From assembly GCA_000934665.2 (NCBI GenBank), contig KZ538244.1, forward strand, positions 62,001 to 126,000: a stretch of 64,000 bases of DNA, read 5' to 3'. Below the pieces are notes generated by a model. It did no database searches. It was not told where the DNA came from and saw nothing but the letters and a program-made list of their open reading frames with translations. The DNA is from Catajapyx aquilonaris (lineage: Eukaryota). Shown piece by piece: positions 38,358-52,786 of this stretch; positions within the stretch are counted from its first letter, which is position 1; every line of letters starts with the position of its first letter. A program made the translations under genes and the position numbers.

Positions 38358-41300
38358 TACCTATCTATACGTGTAATCGGAAATGTGTCTTTAAGCTGCA
38401 CTTATACAAGTACAACCAGATATATCTATACGGAAAGTAAGGAAAATTCCAGTGTGTTTATGCAAATGCGAAAGCTAATATTGCAAAGAAAATTCCAGGG
38501 AATTATGTTAGGCCATAAAGTTATGAGCATCTCGGGATGGATCATTTTCGAAGCCCACTGCATACGGCAATGCTACATATTATTGGTATAAATAACATAC
38601 AGGTTCATACTGTCACATTTGATATACAAGTACAAGTGCTTGCACTTATACCTCTATTGTTATTATACTGCACGAATTCAGTTTAACAAGGTCGAATGAA
38701 TTCTGTGAAGTTATTGCATTTCAAAAATTTCAACAAAAGTCTAATATAGTGTAAGGATGCACTAGTTTCCATGTGGCCTGAACAGAGGCCATGTAAACAT
38801 TACTATGCTGACCTTTCACATTCATAAAATTAATGTAAAACGTCGGTCTCGTAAAATGGGATCCCATTATTTACTGAGAAACTTAAACAAAAACACAGCC
38901 TCATTGTGTTACATTCTTGGTTACATTACAACCACAACTAAGGGCCGGCAATATTCATGAGCTAGAGGAGATATTAAATTTTGTTCTTGTTTTCATTTTT
39001 GTGTTTGAATTGTTTGTGCTAATACCATATTTTGTTTGTATTTTTGGTGCACATAACTAAATGAATTTTTCATCGTCACGGATCTGAGGTTTCATAAAAT
39101 GAACGTTGTACTGTATACCTTTAACTTTGTTTTATTGCGATCTTGCTACTAGGCCGCCCACTACATGCATTTTTCTGCACATGACCCCATTCCGATATCG
39201 ACAATAGTGCTGGAGAAGTGAAATCAGATGTGAGTGCTGCAGAATAAATCGGAAAGAAGTCGGACAAAGACGTCGGAGTTTGTTCGGTCCGTCCGTGTAT
39301 ATAGAGTCGACTTCCTTTACCTTGTGAATCAACGTCGTGCCCCCGTCCTTCTATACGCTCCTGGATGTTCAGAATGCGAAACGCAAGAGAGCGATGCCAC
39401 CGGATGCGGTCGGAAAAATTGCCAGGCCCGTCCATCCCACCGAAACTTGTGGCGGGTCCTACAAAGTTCACTAGCCAAGCACAGGATCGAATTTGTCCCC
39501 CATTACGTTAACCATACTGACACATTGTGAGATTTTCAAGTCAAGTACCTGCTAGATAAGATTTTTTTTTACATACTTCAATGCAGGTATGACTAGCGTC
39601 CTACATATAGGACACGTTGTTAGATGTTTAGACGCTTCTCATTAAAAGAAAATATTTGACAAATTTAACAAAAAAAATAATTTAGGCATATGGCAATATC
39701 GTCCTCAACTACACATGCCTAATTACATCTGGCATTATTGCTTGTACATTGCGGCACACGACATCACTATTTCCCACCAAAATTACATCGCCGCAAAATC
39801 CTCTCGCAAATTTAACACCATGTAAAGCCCCCCCCCCCTCCCCCTCCTCTTTTTTTTACTTTTAAAATGTGATAGTAGTTGTACGGCCTATAATTCCCCT
39901 CGCTTAATTACAGCAACTAGGCCTAACTACTGCACTAAGCAAATTAGCACCACGACTAATTATGGGGCATAAGCTACTTACAATATTAATTAGCCTACCG
40001 CCAGGAAGCCGGCCTAAAAATATACATGGACGCACATGAATAGCTCTTAATTTTGAAACATTTAGTATACTCGCTCGCTATACGTAAGCATTATCAAACT
40101 CTCTGGTATTGACAGCTTAGAACACACTCAAGCAGATTCCCGTATTCAGGAAGAATCCGGAGCAAGACAGTCAGGGCGTGAATTTTCATGAGTTTGGGGA
40201 GAGACAATTTCCAGGCATATTAGCCCAAAGTTTGCACCGGTGCTAATTTCATTTGTCGCTTGCCTTGTTGCACTTCCAGCAATGGTGGTAGCAGGTCATG
40301 AGAAGCTAAAAGGTGCAGGCAAGCAAAGATCGATCTGACATTTTTTTGGGGGGGGTGGGAGGGGGGGGGGGCTTTTTTGTGTTGTTTTTTTTGAAGGCGC
40401 CATTTGCGTGAGTGCGTTCAGAAATGAATTAAAAAACGGTTGCGTTTTTATTCCCCGGGAGATTCGCATTTTGGAAGATTGCACCCTACGGTGCCATCCG
40501 ATGTTAATTGTTTCCGGCATAAATCTCCTCTCGGCACATGCGTGAAACAAGGAAATATTAATGCGTAAGTAATGACTTCTTTTGTTGGTGAGGGGTGCGG
40601 GGGTGAGGTGCAATTTGGCGCGACTAATTTGTGTGATTGATGAGTTGGGCTGTGCGGAAGTCGCATGCGAATCAAGGAAGAGGGGCTTCAGAAATATAGA
40701 GGATGGTTTGAAGCACAGAACAAGACACTACAGTCTGTGTAAGAATGTTAAAAGAAAGCGCCATTTTTAAAAAATAAATAATAACTTAGGCATGCCTCAA
40801 TATGCATAATGTAGCCAACAATGGAGCGTCTGATACAACACAGTTAAATATTTTATTTATTTTATTTCCAAGCGTTTTACAGCTTGCTCTGTTCATAATA
40901 TTCAAAATATAATGAGGCCCTCTAATCCAATTAAAAACATGGCATGTAAAACAAAACAAGCCACAATAATCCAACAAAATTAAAGCAATACAAATGTCGG
41001 TTTTCCAATACTACCCCTGGGTTTTGCAACTGCCAATTTATCATAAATAATATTTATTTAATTTTACCCCCCAATTATTACTAAATTACGTTCTAAATTG
41101 ATGAAAATATGACCACTCGTCATAGTTTAACTGGAATAGTGATTTGGATGCCTGTCACAATAGTTTTGTTTGTTATTTATTATTATTATTGTATTATTTA
41201 TTTTTAAACATATTTATTTATTTACTGTCGTTTGTGGTATTCTAAATCGTGTCAGTGCCATCATGGCGACTGAGTCTCGCCCAATGGTTTTCAAGGCTTC

Positions 41301-44300
41301 GTCACTCTCTATGGTTTTGAGGCTTGAGTGGTAGGTGCCAAAAGTACCCCCCGAAGAGTGCGGAGGGGTCGAGAACGCGGAAAACTATTCTTTATGTGGG
41401 CGGACTTCGTGGAGTGAAACGCCAAATTGACGTCCAGGAAACATGTCGGTGGGAAGTGGATTTAACGACGCTGCAGTTCACTGGACTTGAACTGGGGAAA
41501 CGGGCCCTCATTTGTTTGGCTTGCTGTGAAGAAGTGCTTCCGACGGTCAAGTGTCACTTGCCAGGGGACTTTGGGATGATTGTCAAACCTCCACCCCTTT
41601 TTTGAATGTGGATTGCTTTAAACCTAATATTTTGGGAACAATTGGCTAGATCCTAGCTAATAATTTTTATTTCACAATTCAAATTGGTTATTATAACCAG
41701 TTAACCACATCCTTGAACAGGTGTCCACGGACGTGACAAATTATCTGTTTACTTAATGTAAAACATGGTCGGTTTGTGTTGCAAACTTGTAATTGATTTA
41801 TTGTTGATTTTATCAGGTACAGTGGTATACTGCCCAAAAAACCGGCGACAACCTGCTTAATAATTTCAGATTAAAACTTGCAAAGCACTATTGACAATAT
41901 TGTAGCTGAATATTTTTTTCGTGAATTAATTCTATGCTATTACATTTGGCTGTGTATATACGAAATGAGTTCAAATATCATCTTGAAATTAACCATGATG
42001 GCTTACAGCACGCATGGCCACATATCCCCGTGCACACCCCTCCTGATAATTTACGGCCTGTATATTCCCCTCCATTGATGAGACTACAGAGGGCATTAAC
42101 AATGACCAGCTCCAATAACTCACAGCAATTCTATACACCCCGCATTTACAGTACAAAAACTCCACGTCCATAAAATCGACTACAGCTCCCCTGGCACCAA
42201 CTTCGCATGTTGACTCCTCCAACACCACCCCCTAAGGGGTCAAAGAATGTTTTTTTTCTCTCACTAAAACTGAAGCACTCCATTTAATCGAAGCAGACGC
42301 TTAATTTTTTCCTCATTAGACGTTCCATGACATATTAAGCTTCCCCCAACCCAGGCTCACTCTGGCGGAGGGGGGTAAGAACTGAAACTCACAGGAGGCG
42401 GCAAGAGGAACTTCGGGGTCATTTAATATGTATGGAAATTAGTGAGAGGACCAAAGAAGCTGAACTAATTTCACGGTGCCATCCGGAAACCTTTTGCATT
42501 GCAAATATGTCTCCAATTTTTTTTCCGACTCACCCTCTCCCTCTTGGCTTTCTTCATTCGTGCCCTGCTGTACTGCGAGGAAAAGGAAACACTGGCTGCT
42601 ATTAACAAGTTGGGACAACCCCACGGGCTGCCAAATGTCCACAGATTGTCGCGTAAGTTATTCCAGCTTCATAAAGCGACACTTTCAGGCTGGAGACTGA
42701 AAAAAAAAGTGCGACATGGCCACCTCTGGCATAAGAAGAACAAGTTTAAAATTTTGGGGAGCTGCGTTTTAGGGGGTACAGGACAAAGAGGAAAGTTGAG
42801 AGAATCGGTGTCAGAAGCACGTGGCGCCAGAGGAATATTTTGGAGAGAAAAATGGCGGCGAGGTTTTTGGAGTGAGGTGAGGGTGGAAAGGAAATGGAGT
42901 CTTTGGTTGCATCTGCTGCAGGATGTATGGGAAGAATGGGCGACAAATGAGGACCTCGAGGTGAAGTCTTAGATTATGCGCAAGCAGGGGCGTGAATATA
43001 ATGAAAAAGAAAGGCTACCTTTTTATCCCCCTCGACTCATATCAGAATAAGGCATTAGTCAAATTGAAGACGTGATTGCCATTTTTATAAGTGAGGGGGG
43101 AATAATATTTGATTAATTTGGGTTCATTCTACAACTATTTTTTTTAAGTTTAAGATCTTTTTCCTAATAGGCGGTTTCTCTCCGTCTGATGTTTGTCCGA
43201 CCTGATAGTACCACTATCTCTCGCACGACCTGAGGGTGACAGGAGTTTACCGATGCAGTATGCGCCATCTACGCGTGAAAAATATTACTACGTGGTAAAT
43301 CGACGAGCAATCTCATTAAAGTTGTTTAATTGTCAGGGTTCACTAGTATTACAATAAAATGCTTGATTATATTGCAGAAAATGACCTTGATTGTATGACG
43401 CATATTCCACAGCACACCCGCAGCCATTGATAACAATAAAATGGCAGCACCAGCAGACTGCGGTTTTCAAGAACTAATAGAGTATAAGAGAAGCCGGAGC
43501 AGTAGGCCCAACTAACACTAATCTTGACTGCCCTTGGGGAGCAATATTTCCAAGAAAGGTCGGAAGTTGGTTCCAACTTGCGCACTTCAGAATCCACCGG
43601 AGAATAATCCGGCCCCTTTTAATCTGAGCCTATCAATAAAAGGAAAACCCAACCCCCTCCCTTTCTCTGGAAAACCGCTCGAGGGACTGGGTCCGGAAAA
43701 TGAAGAACATCTATTGTTGACCCACTTTGTTGTGCGATTTACAGTAAGATCGATTGGGTCACTGGAGCAGTACATATATCGTTTTTCAGGATTTCTGGTT
43801 TATATGGAGGCTGATTAATTTGGGTCTGTTGGGAGGGTCCGTGGCACAGCCAGATAGGAAGTTATCATCCCTATGCTGGGTACGGACCCTAGGGTCTCAG
43901 CAGGTTCATTATCGGTGTAATTCCCACGTGGCGAAAGGGTGTGGAAGCACACGTCCACTCGATTCAGACAAACACTGCGCCCTCCCGATGAAATTGGTGC
44001 TTCTCTCATCTCTACTTTGGGCCCCTACCGTCATCTGCAGATAGAAGCTAAGGATATGGTTGCAGGCGAACACACAGCAACACGCCCGATTCGCATTACC
44101 CAGACCCAGAGTACATCTTGCGTATCGAGTGTTGAAACTTGCAGGCGGTATTGCAGGTCTGGCCCGAGGAGATAACATGCAGTTGGAGTGTGTGCTATTT
44201 CAGAGCGAATGTTAAGAGCTGCTTTAAAGAGGAGAGGTCAAGCTTAATCCATATAGGACACTTGCAGTTTAAGTCATATTGTTGCGGATTCCATGGAGTG

Positions 44301-44829
44301 ATAAGAGCGCTTAATGGTCTGGTATAACCAGCATCTAGCCATAACCACAAGAGATCACTTGACTTGCACTGAGTAAGTGGGCGTGAGTGGCGTCTTAATC
44401 CGAGTACTTGAGATTGTCATGTCCCCATCGGCGCGTCATTTCCCGCCTGACTGAGATTAATCACTTCTCTTCCCTTATTCCTCCTTTTCCTTTTGACTTC
44501 CCTTTCCTTCCTTCTTGCCACCCAGCCGAAACATCCATCTCGTCTTCCATCCTTCCACCGCTTATTAATGCTGTCCTCTCCGGAGGGGGATGATGGTCCT
44601 CCCGAAAATGACAAATCTATCTGGGGTGGAACTAGATTGCCCACCATTACATTCAATGAACAGTCAGCGGCGAAACTTCATCTGCCTTCGTATCCATTAA
44701 GTCTGGAAGCGGTTCCTGGCTTTTCAATTCATGATTGGGTATACAGGGGGAGAAGGAAGGACTTTCGTAAAGGGAGACCGAATATGGGAGGGGTAACGCC
44801 AACCTATCCCACGACCTAACCTTCATTCC

Positions 44830-44883
44830 CAGCGGATACACCCCATCCTTCAGCGGATACACCCTATCCTTCAGCGGATACAC
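44830..44883. repeat. 21-bp tandem repeat, ~2.6 copies
   Basis: CAGCGGATACACCCYATCCTT at 44830 and 44851, with a partial copy at 44872. Confidence 0.9.
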
Positions 44884-46229
44884 GCCTATGAGAGTAGGTA
44901 AAAGTGCGGGGTCTCCCGATACGATTTTTTTGACGGTTAATCCACCATTATGCAAATACCTTTTCCTCTATAAAATTGTCTCATCATGGTCCTAGCCCCT
45001 GCTTCCTGTATCTGTATAAGTCAAGGGGAATGGCAGGCTGTGAGTCTATTTCTCCATCCCCACAAAGTCTCCCTCTTGCAGCAGCTGCTTTGACGAATGG
45101 ATCTCCAGAAGAGAAGACACTCCATTACCATGCGAGCCTGAAAGGCTGAGGAGAGGCCTGATAAGATGCAAGAGGAGACGAATGGCCCACTTGAATTTTG
45201 GGGGGTGGGGTATATATATAGGAGGAGAGGTTATTTTCATCATCCTCGTTTTATACTGGAGCAGTCTGGTCAGGAGTTAATAGGCAAGGCTTCAGATATG
45301 GTGCTGGAAAGACCTTTATGGCTCTATGCTAATGATAACTTTTGGGCGCTCTTTGGCAAGCAGTTATCGCCCAATGGCCGTGTCGAGGGATATTTCTTCG
45401 AATCACTTTTTCTGCTGCCTTCCAGCTAGATAATTTGTGTAATCGTGGCGGTAAATCAGGGTTGCCTCCTTGCGATAATTCCGGAAGTGGACATATATTG
45501 TTCATTAACGGACTGCAATTTTCAAGCGGGGTGTGATATCGCTCGGAACTGTAAAAAAAATTTGAGTTCCCGCCGTGATTTACGAGCCGTACTTAAATTT
45601 AAATTACAGAAGGCACTTGCCTGATAAAATGTGAACTTTCATGAAAGATCGAGTTATAGGCTGCAGTTTATTTGTATGGGGAGAAAATTCGGTGGGATTT
45701 TATGTGCTTTAATTTGGTTCTTCCCTGAATCTCGTTATGACACACCCTGTATACTGTATAGAAGAGGCCAGGTTTGCGATTTGCACCTTGCATGGAAGGC
45801 TGACAAGGTGATTGGCACTAAAAGTGCAGCAATCTGAGCACGCTTTATACGTCCTGGCAGGCCAGCACGCGTGACTGACATATCTCCTGTGGTCAGTGAA
45901 GCAATGGCCAGGGCTCAGCACGTTCGATATATACCAAGCATGTGAGCCCCACACTCGTTCGGGAGGTGAATTATATGCTAACGAACGAAAGAGAGAGACT
46001 CTCAAGTGTGCTCAAAGGGCACTGGAGTCCCTTGTTATCAAGAGGTTTCATTGCACGATTGTTGTTTTATGTGCCTTATTTAGAGCGGTTCAATGAATCT
46101 AGATTGGTGAGCTGGATTGGCTCATAGGAAAAGGTCATGTAACGTGTACTATAGCTGGAAAATTGTTGGCTGTTTAATGTTCATTAATATAACTAATGAT
46201 TGATAAATAAAATAAATGTGCCACAATTG

Positions 46230-46429
46230 ATGCAGATGAGACACTAAACATATTTTTAAAAATTCTAAATTTTGGGTATTAAAAGTGCAGTTTTTGGACT
46301 TTTTCCTAAATCGACGATACGTAAGACGTCAGAGTGCCAAGTTTCAGCTCTCTCAGTACTCCATAAGTGGGTTAGGTAGCCGTGTCATACATAAATACAA
46401 ACAAACGTTCTGCTTTATACATATGTAGA
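46230..46429 (-). mobile_element. Helitron 5'-end fragment
   Basis: The minus strand starts A|TCTACATATGTATAAAGCAGAACGTTTGTTTGTATTTATGTATG (TC start, TATAAA, tetranucleotide microsatellite). No clear 3' hairpin or CTAG, so the left boundary is approximate. Confidence 0.5.
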
Positions 46430-48511
46430 TAAATGCAAATTTGAACAAATTGGTAGGCTACAATAATTTTTCCGGTACAAAGTTCATTGTCCTTATTCAG
46501 GGTCACAGTTTTTTAAAATTCCTGTTCCGTATACAGTACAGTACTTTTGATATTGGGCCTGAAAAATGCAGTAGTTATAACTGATATACCGTCCTGTCAG
46601 TCCCGTCTTGACAGATCTTACGGGGTTAGAAAAGGAGCCAGATTCCTTTGAAGAGTCAGACGTCTGATCCGTTCATTTGTCAACGCGTGAATTAATGACT
46701 CACCCCGAATAAGACCTCGCTTCTCATTGGACGTCAGCAGAAAATAAATACACGCAACTTTCAGCTGGAGCCATGTCCGGATTATAGCTCACTCACCAGG
46801 TGGCTACAGGAAAGTGTGCTATTAAGCGGTTTTTACATCACTCTCAAAAAATAACGGCGGGGGATCCCCTATACGAAAAAAAACCTTGTTTCATTAGTGT
46901 CAAAAAGTCAGAGTATTATTCGTCCTGAAGGGGGTGAATAGTCAGGAGTTTTTTTCTAGGGTGGTTTAAAAAAAAGGAGATGGGGGGCGTGCCAGTGCCA
47001 AGTCCCCCGGTGTCGACGAAAACGTAATAGCTGGAGCAATTTGACGTGGAGATATATGGCACGCCATGCCGGAGACTAAGAATTTTAATCAAGTGGGGAG
47101 GAGGAGTAATGAATCGGGGGGCAATTTCAGGCAATTTTCGCCAGGGCTGGTGCATGTATAGAAAGGGGGGGACAGCCGGTAGAGGGGGGGGGGGATCTTT
47201 CCGGTGAATATTAAAACGGAATTTCATGTGGATATCCGGAGCTAATCTTGGGAAGAACTGCAAAAAGAAGAAACTGCATTGTTTGATTTGTGGATGAACA
47301 GTTGTGATGTGCAGAACAAGTTTGAAATTTGACGTGCAATTTGCAAGGTAGGCTGATTTGAAGCAATTGAAGCATTTTTCCTGAAAATGAGCCATTTTCA
47401 AATTTTACACAAGTTTTGCCTCCATAAGGTGCGAATATTGTCTGCGTTCTTGCGTCTGGGCTGATCTTTTGGACAATTCGAAAATCCGCAGAACGATAGA
47501 AAAAAAAGTAGCGGATATCAATTTTTTGAGAGGAAAAGTGCGGAGGAGAAGCGAACGTGCCGTGCGGGTCTGAACAGTGCCCACCACCACCTGCAAATCA
47601 AGTTACAGTTGCAAACTTGATTAGGCTACTCCAGTCTAGGGGGGGCTGGCAACGCTGAATATTCTATGAGCTAATCTGGCTTCGTTTCGTTTCCATAACA
47701 CAAAGCTCGCTGCTGGAGATTGAGGGTGTGGAGCAGGGAGGGAAGAGGGAAGTGTGGGGGAGGATTAAATACCTGGGCAACAGCTGCGAATTTAAATTTC
47801 CAATTGTCAATGTTGAAAGTGTGGTTGGGAAGGTTTTGCCACAGTTGGAACCACCATCTGCGACAAGGGACAAGGACTGTTCGTTTCGACAACTCCACTG
47901 TCGCCATAAGGACACTCCAATAATATTGGACAGAAATTAACATCTGATTTTTAAAAAAATATTAGTGTGATTTTTCTGAGTTGTCAAACCACCTCCACTA
48001 GGACCTGAGTACTTCGACTCCTCTTCCCACAGAGGGCAGGGGCATCCCATCTAAGACACGCTCATCTTCATCTTCCACCCTCCATGTTTTTTTTTATGAC
48101 TCGAGTGTGTGTTGATCCCGAAACCTGTCCTCTTTTTGCGCACCGGTCAGGTAACCCTTCCCAACCACGATCTGGTCCGGCGACTCCGAAGCCACATTTT
48201 ACGATTCCTGCGCTAATCTCCCGCGCGGTGTTTGTTTACCCTGTGGCGAAAGCGCGGCCATAACTTAAATTTATTGGTCGTACCGTGTCCCTTTAGCCAT
48301 TGATTCACCCTACCCTGTCCAGACACTGTACCTTGCCCCCCCCCCCCTTCCTGCTTAGCACACTACTTCTGAATAAGTACGAATAATCCTCCTTATTTGG
48401 ATCTGAGGTTGTAACCCTCTAGTCATTTGCCGACATTGTAACCGTCTTGGAAGCGGCGGTCCTAAATCTGCAGAACTTCATTGCCCAAAGTCTATATAGT
48501 CCCCCCCCCCC

Positions 48512-48604
48512 NNNNNNNNNNNNNNNNNNNNNNNNNNNNNNNNNNNNNNNNNNNNNNNNNNNNNNNNNNNNNNNNNNNNNNNNNNNNNNNNNNNNNNNNN
48601 NNNN
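48512..48604. other. Assembly gap (N run) between poly-C tracts
   Basis: Run of Ns. Isolated Ns also occur in or next to C-runs at ~4657, ~25675 and ~33933. Confidence 0.98.
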
Positions 48605-49669
48605 CCCCCCCCCCCACCCCTTATTCTGGCCTGGATAGAGGGGACCTAGGTTCCTAGGTTCCAGTGAAATGTCCTATTGAATCACAATCCTCCCCTTCGT
48701 TTGCCCCACCTTACCACCATCACCAGAATTGTAGACAGGGCAAAAGGAGAGAGAGGGGGGTTATTAGGAGACTTGGAATGGGACCTCTTTGAAGCCCTTT
48801 GAGCAGACTCACTCACTTCCCTTTCGCGCCCAAGTCGGTACGGCTTAACACGAAGCTCATTGTCCTTCCTTCCATGCAGCTTTGCAGGCGCCTGCCCTCC
48901 TTCTTTGTGGCGCCTCAAAGCGGAAGATGACTGGGGTTTTACCTGCGATTCACATATTTCCTTCCTCCAACCCAGACCTTGCACTCTCTCCAGCAGCTAC
49001 TAAGGAGTCTGCATAATATTGATCACCTTTTAAAAATGGACGAGTCACCTAACGTCTTTTCAATTATTTCTTGGCCCTCCCCTTTTTCAGGGGACGGCTA
49101 GATTCTTCCAAGAAAATCTACCTTGCAAGGAAAATCAAAAACACATCATTTTGTTCGTAGCCGCTCCGAATTTTGAGTGTGAAATTGGATTACCTGCAGT
49201 CTCTTTTGGCGGCTTGTCTTACCACCTGACGTTGCTTTATTCCGAGCCCAAGATATTTTCCGAGAGACAAATGAGCATCAAGTAAAAGGGTGTTCTCTCT
49301 TTTTTTGTGAGTGTGTGTGTTGTGTGTGATAGAGAGAGACTCCAAAAAGGTAGCTCCCTTGTTCCTGATGCCTCAAGTGACCAGCAGATTCCTTCGTTTT
49401 CGGGGTCTGCTGAGCCAGCCAGGCGAAGAAGAAGGTCCGGAGATGGCCTCGGCACGCAAGGCTGCCCGCTTCTCCCAAATTGGGTTTGGCCCGACTGGAA
49501 TTGGGGACTTGCTGACTCTAATCCCGTCCGCACTGACATGCACTGATAAAAATGGCCAAAGGGGTCACTTTGCTACTAGCTGCAACCCTTCCCCTACAAA
49601 CCAGACACTCCAATGAAATTTACTATAGGACTGGCATAGACGCAGTCATTTCTGAAAACACATTCACCC

Positions 49670-50125
49670 GAACATAACCTAATATACCTAATACAGTAAA
49701 ACCTCGATATAACGCTCCCGCATATAACGCTTTCCCGCTTTTAACGCTCCTTTCTCCGTTCCCTTGATGCTTGATCTTCCATAGGGTAAATTTTTCCTCG
49801 TATAACGCTATCCCGCTTATAATGCTACTTTTGGGCGATCCCTTGAAGAGCGTTATATAGAGGTTTTACTGTATAATATGACTTAGCATAACCTAGGCCT
49901 AATATAACTTAATATACGTTATAACCAATATATAACTAATACAATCTAACAATATCATTTTATAATTTAACTGATATTACTAATATAATTTAACTGATAT
50001 AACTTAGTATAATATAGCCTAATCAATGTAACTATAATATGCCTTAATATAATATCTCATATAACTTGATATAATATACCTTATACAATATAACTTGATA
50101 TAACAATAAATAATACGATATATAG
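49670..50125. repeat. Degenerate 5/10-bp-period AT-rich array (AATAT/AACCT/AACTT) interrupted by the pogo MITE
   Basis: ATAACCTAATATACCTAATA...TAATATAACTTAATAT pattern on both sides of the MITE. A similar short tract lies at 21700-21760. Confidence 0.6.
49694..49871. mobile_element. Tigger/pogo-type (Tc1/mariner superfamily) MITE, 178 bp
   Basis: 24-bp TIRs CAGTAAAACCTCGATATAACGCTC and GAGCGTTATATAGAGGTTTTACTG (1 mismatch), TA TSD at 49692-49693 and 49872-49873, internal TATAACGCT sub-repeats. Confidence 0.9.
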
Positions 50126-52699
50126 TTCGTATTGTCCCTAGGGAATTGGAGAGCACTTGGCATTTTTTCTGAAATTTGTGTGTACTGGATTGTTGTTCCT
50201 GTATTGTTGGTAGGAAAGGAAACTGTATAGTACTGTACACTCACACCACGCAGCATCTCCTGCACAGAAAAATTGTCCTGAGGGACAAGGCACGGGGGCA
50301 ACGCCGAAAATGGTTCAGGAAGTGATCGGATTGGTTGGTTCCTTGCGTCCGTTTGTCTGCTGGCGTAATTACCAGTCTGGCTTTATTCCGCCGTTGGGAG
50401 TCTACCGCCAGCCGATTTTCGATTGCAGGGGCGGGGATGGGGTCGAAGGGTGAGGTTAAGCTCTAGGGGGGCCAGGGAGGGAAAGAGAAGTGAGAAGAAG
50501 AAGAAGCAGGAACATGTCATATAGGTAGGTGCTGCCATCTGCGAGCCGGAACAATATTAGCCTCTCACAAGGTGTTGAATTTTTCTGTAGTAGTGTGCTA
50601 CCCTCTTCTGCACATTTCTTTTGAGATTTTGCAGTCCATAGTTGCTGGGCGTCACCTCCGCATTGGTTCCCCTCGTCCAATCTAGGGTATCGGCAGCACC
50701 GAGGTTCTTTCACTGCAGTGGACGTCATGTCCTCTTTTTTTTACGTTCCCGTCTCCTCCTGTCCCGGACATCTGATGCGGGTCTTTTGTGGTGGTCGCTC
50801 AGGCGGAGCGAGTTTTGGATGGGATTTTGGGACTAGAAGGAAAAGAAGTTCCGGGGAGAGAGATGAGGACACTCGCATTCCCCCATCCTCTCCACACGAT
50901 AATCCACATGTGTAATTGAATTCCCCCCCTCCCACCGTATATGCCATCCATCCCTACCCCTTCCTTTTCATGGTAGTACGTACATGACTCACTCTTGAAA
51001 TCCCTGTACGTGAGTGTGCAAATTATACCATGCAAATTTAATTAAAATTGTTGCAGTTTTCTGTTCTTGTCGAAGGGATCGCAACTTCGCTCAGAGAGCC
51101 CCCCCGGTGTCACCAAAATCCTGCCAAAGCCCGGAGTTTTAAAACCAGTAGCAGTGTACCGCGAGGGGGAAATACCGGAGGGTAAAAAAAGCCTGGAGAG
51201 AAAACTTGCACTATCTGGTTACACGAGACGTACAGCACGTGCCTGTATCATTGACATTAGAGATATTCGTGCAAATTATTTCCAGAAAGAGCGAAAACAG
51301 CTAATATTAACTACTGTACAATTTGAAGTAGCAGCTACTGAGCTCTGTATTGCCTCTTTCAATAAATAAATAAATATTTTTTTTTGAATGTTTGTTCATA
51401 GAAGTTACTTGCAATTTTTGTTCCTTGCTTCCTGGTTATTGTCACGTTACACATTGGTTGAACTAACGTTATTCTTGTCCAGTAGCAGTCCAGCCCAATC
51501 GATTGGCAGTCCTGAGGAGTGAAAGAAAAGAAGGAAAGTTGGGGAGGGGGGGTAAGATGTGGCGAGCTGAGAGAGCAGGGAGGGTAGGGGGGAGAGGCCC
51601 GAGGGGGGGATCTTATTTAGATGCAAATTCGGTGATGATCATCGGAGGAACAGGGGGACGAGACGTACGGTAGCCGCGGGAGGGCAGTCCCCAGGACAAC
51701 GCCTTTTCCTCACACTCGCACAGGACTAAAAACACACGATGACTTTTGTGCTATCATGTACAGGCACAAATATTTAGAACGGAATTTGGCTCGAAATTTT
51801 AGCAGATAAGTTAACTTAGCATGTCCTTAAAGTTGGCGATGATTAGCTAAAGCCTGACAAATAACCCAAGATTGGTGTTGACTTATGCTAAAATATGCCT
51901 TGGAAACGAGATCAGAAAAGTTTTCCCCGACAATGCTGAATATTTGATGATGTCAAAGACGTGTCAAGAATGCAAACAAATCATTGGAGTAGGTGTAGCT
52001 CCAATTAAAACTCATTTATTCAGTCAGCTCCCTCCTTTTTTACCAAACCGAAACAAAACTCCTTGGGAGATCTAATGAACTCTCTTCTCTTTTCCATCCA
52101 AACTGCATCACGTTTGGGTGATTGCCCACCGTCTCAAACTAACGTGACCATGACAGATTTGAGGAAAAAGGAAGGGGACTACCACTTATGCAAGTCACGC
52201 CCTCGATTCTCCGGGGGAGAACTTGCCTGTACCCCGTTCAACTGAAAATCATCTGCCATCAACAGACGAACCCAACGGGCGTCATTTCTGTCCTCGACAG
52301 CCTTTCACATTTTTTTTATATATGTTCAACCCGTACTGTACAGGTTAGGATATGTTGTGTTTGCTTTACGAAGTTGGGGTTAGTGTATTGAAAGCAGACG
52401 GAAAAGTAAGCAGAAAATGGTGTTTGCTTTCTGTAATTAACCGAGTTCTGAGGGGAAAAGGGATTGCTTTTCAAGGTGCCATCTGCTAAGGCGGAATCAA
52501 AGGGTTGCCAATGTCAAACATTGCGTACGTGTACAGTTGCGAGCAATGCACATTCCGATGCTGGCGACTCACACAAACCAGTTTTGCCATCAACTTTGTG
52601 CCCTCGACAGAACCAACAAGAGCCATCTCCGACTTATGAATATAAATGCTCGAGAGTTTGACAGATGAAGTCAGGTGGTCGATTCCTATAGCAGCTCAG

Positions 52700-52700
<1 letters not shown>

Positions 52701-52783
<83 letters not shown>
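52701..52783. repeat. (AAT)n microsatellite
   Basis: Direct reading. Confidence 0.95.

Positions 52784-52786
<3 letters not shown>

Noticed and set aside
9345..48031. Su(H)-type YGTGRGAA sites (e.g. 13489, 14174, 25500, 30627, 43921, 48024)
   Set aside because: The number seen is about what chance predicts in 64 kb, and no paired-site architecture was seen.
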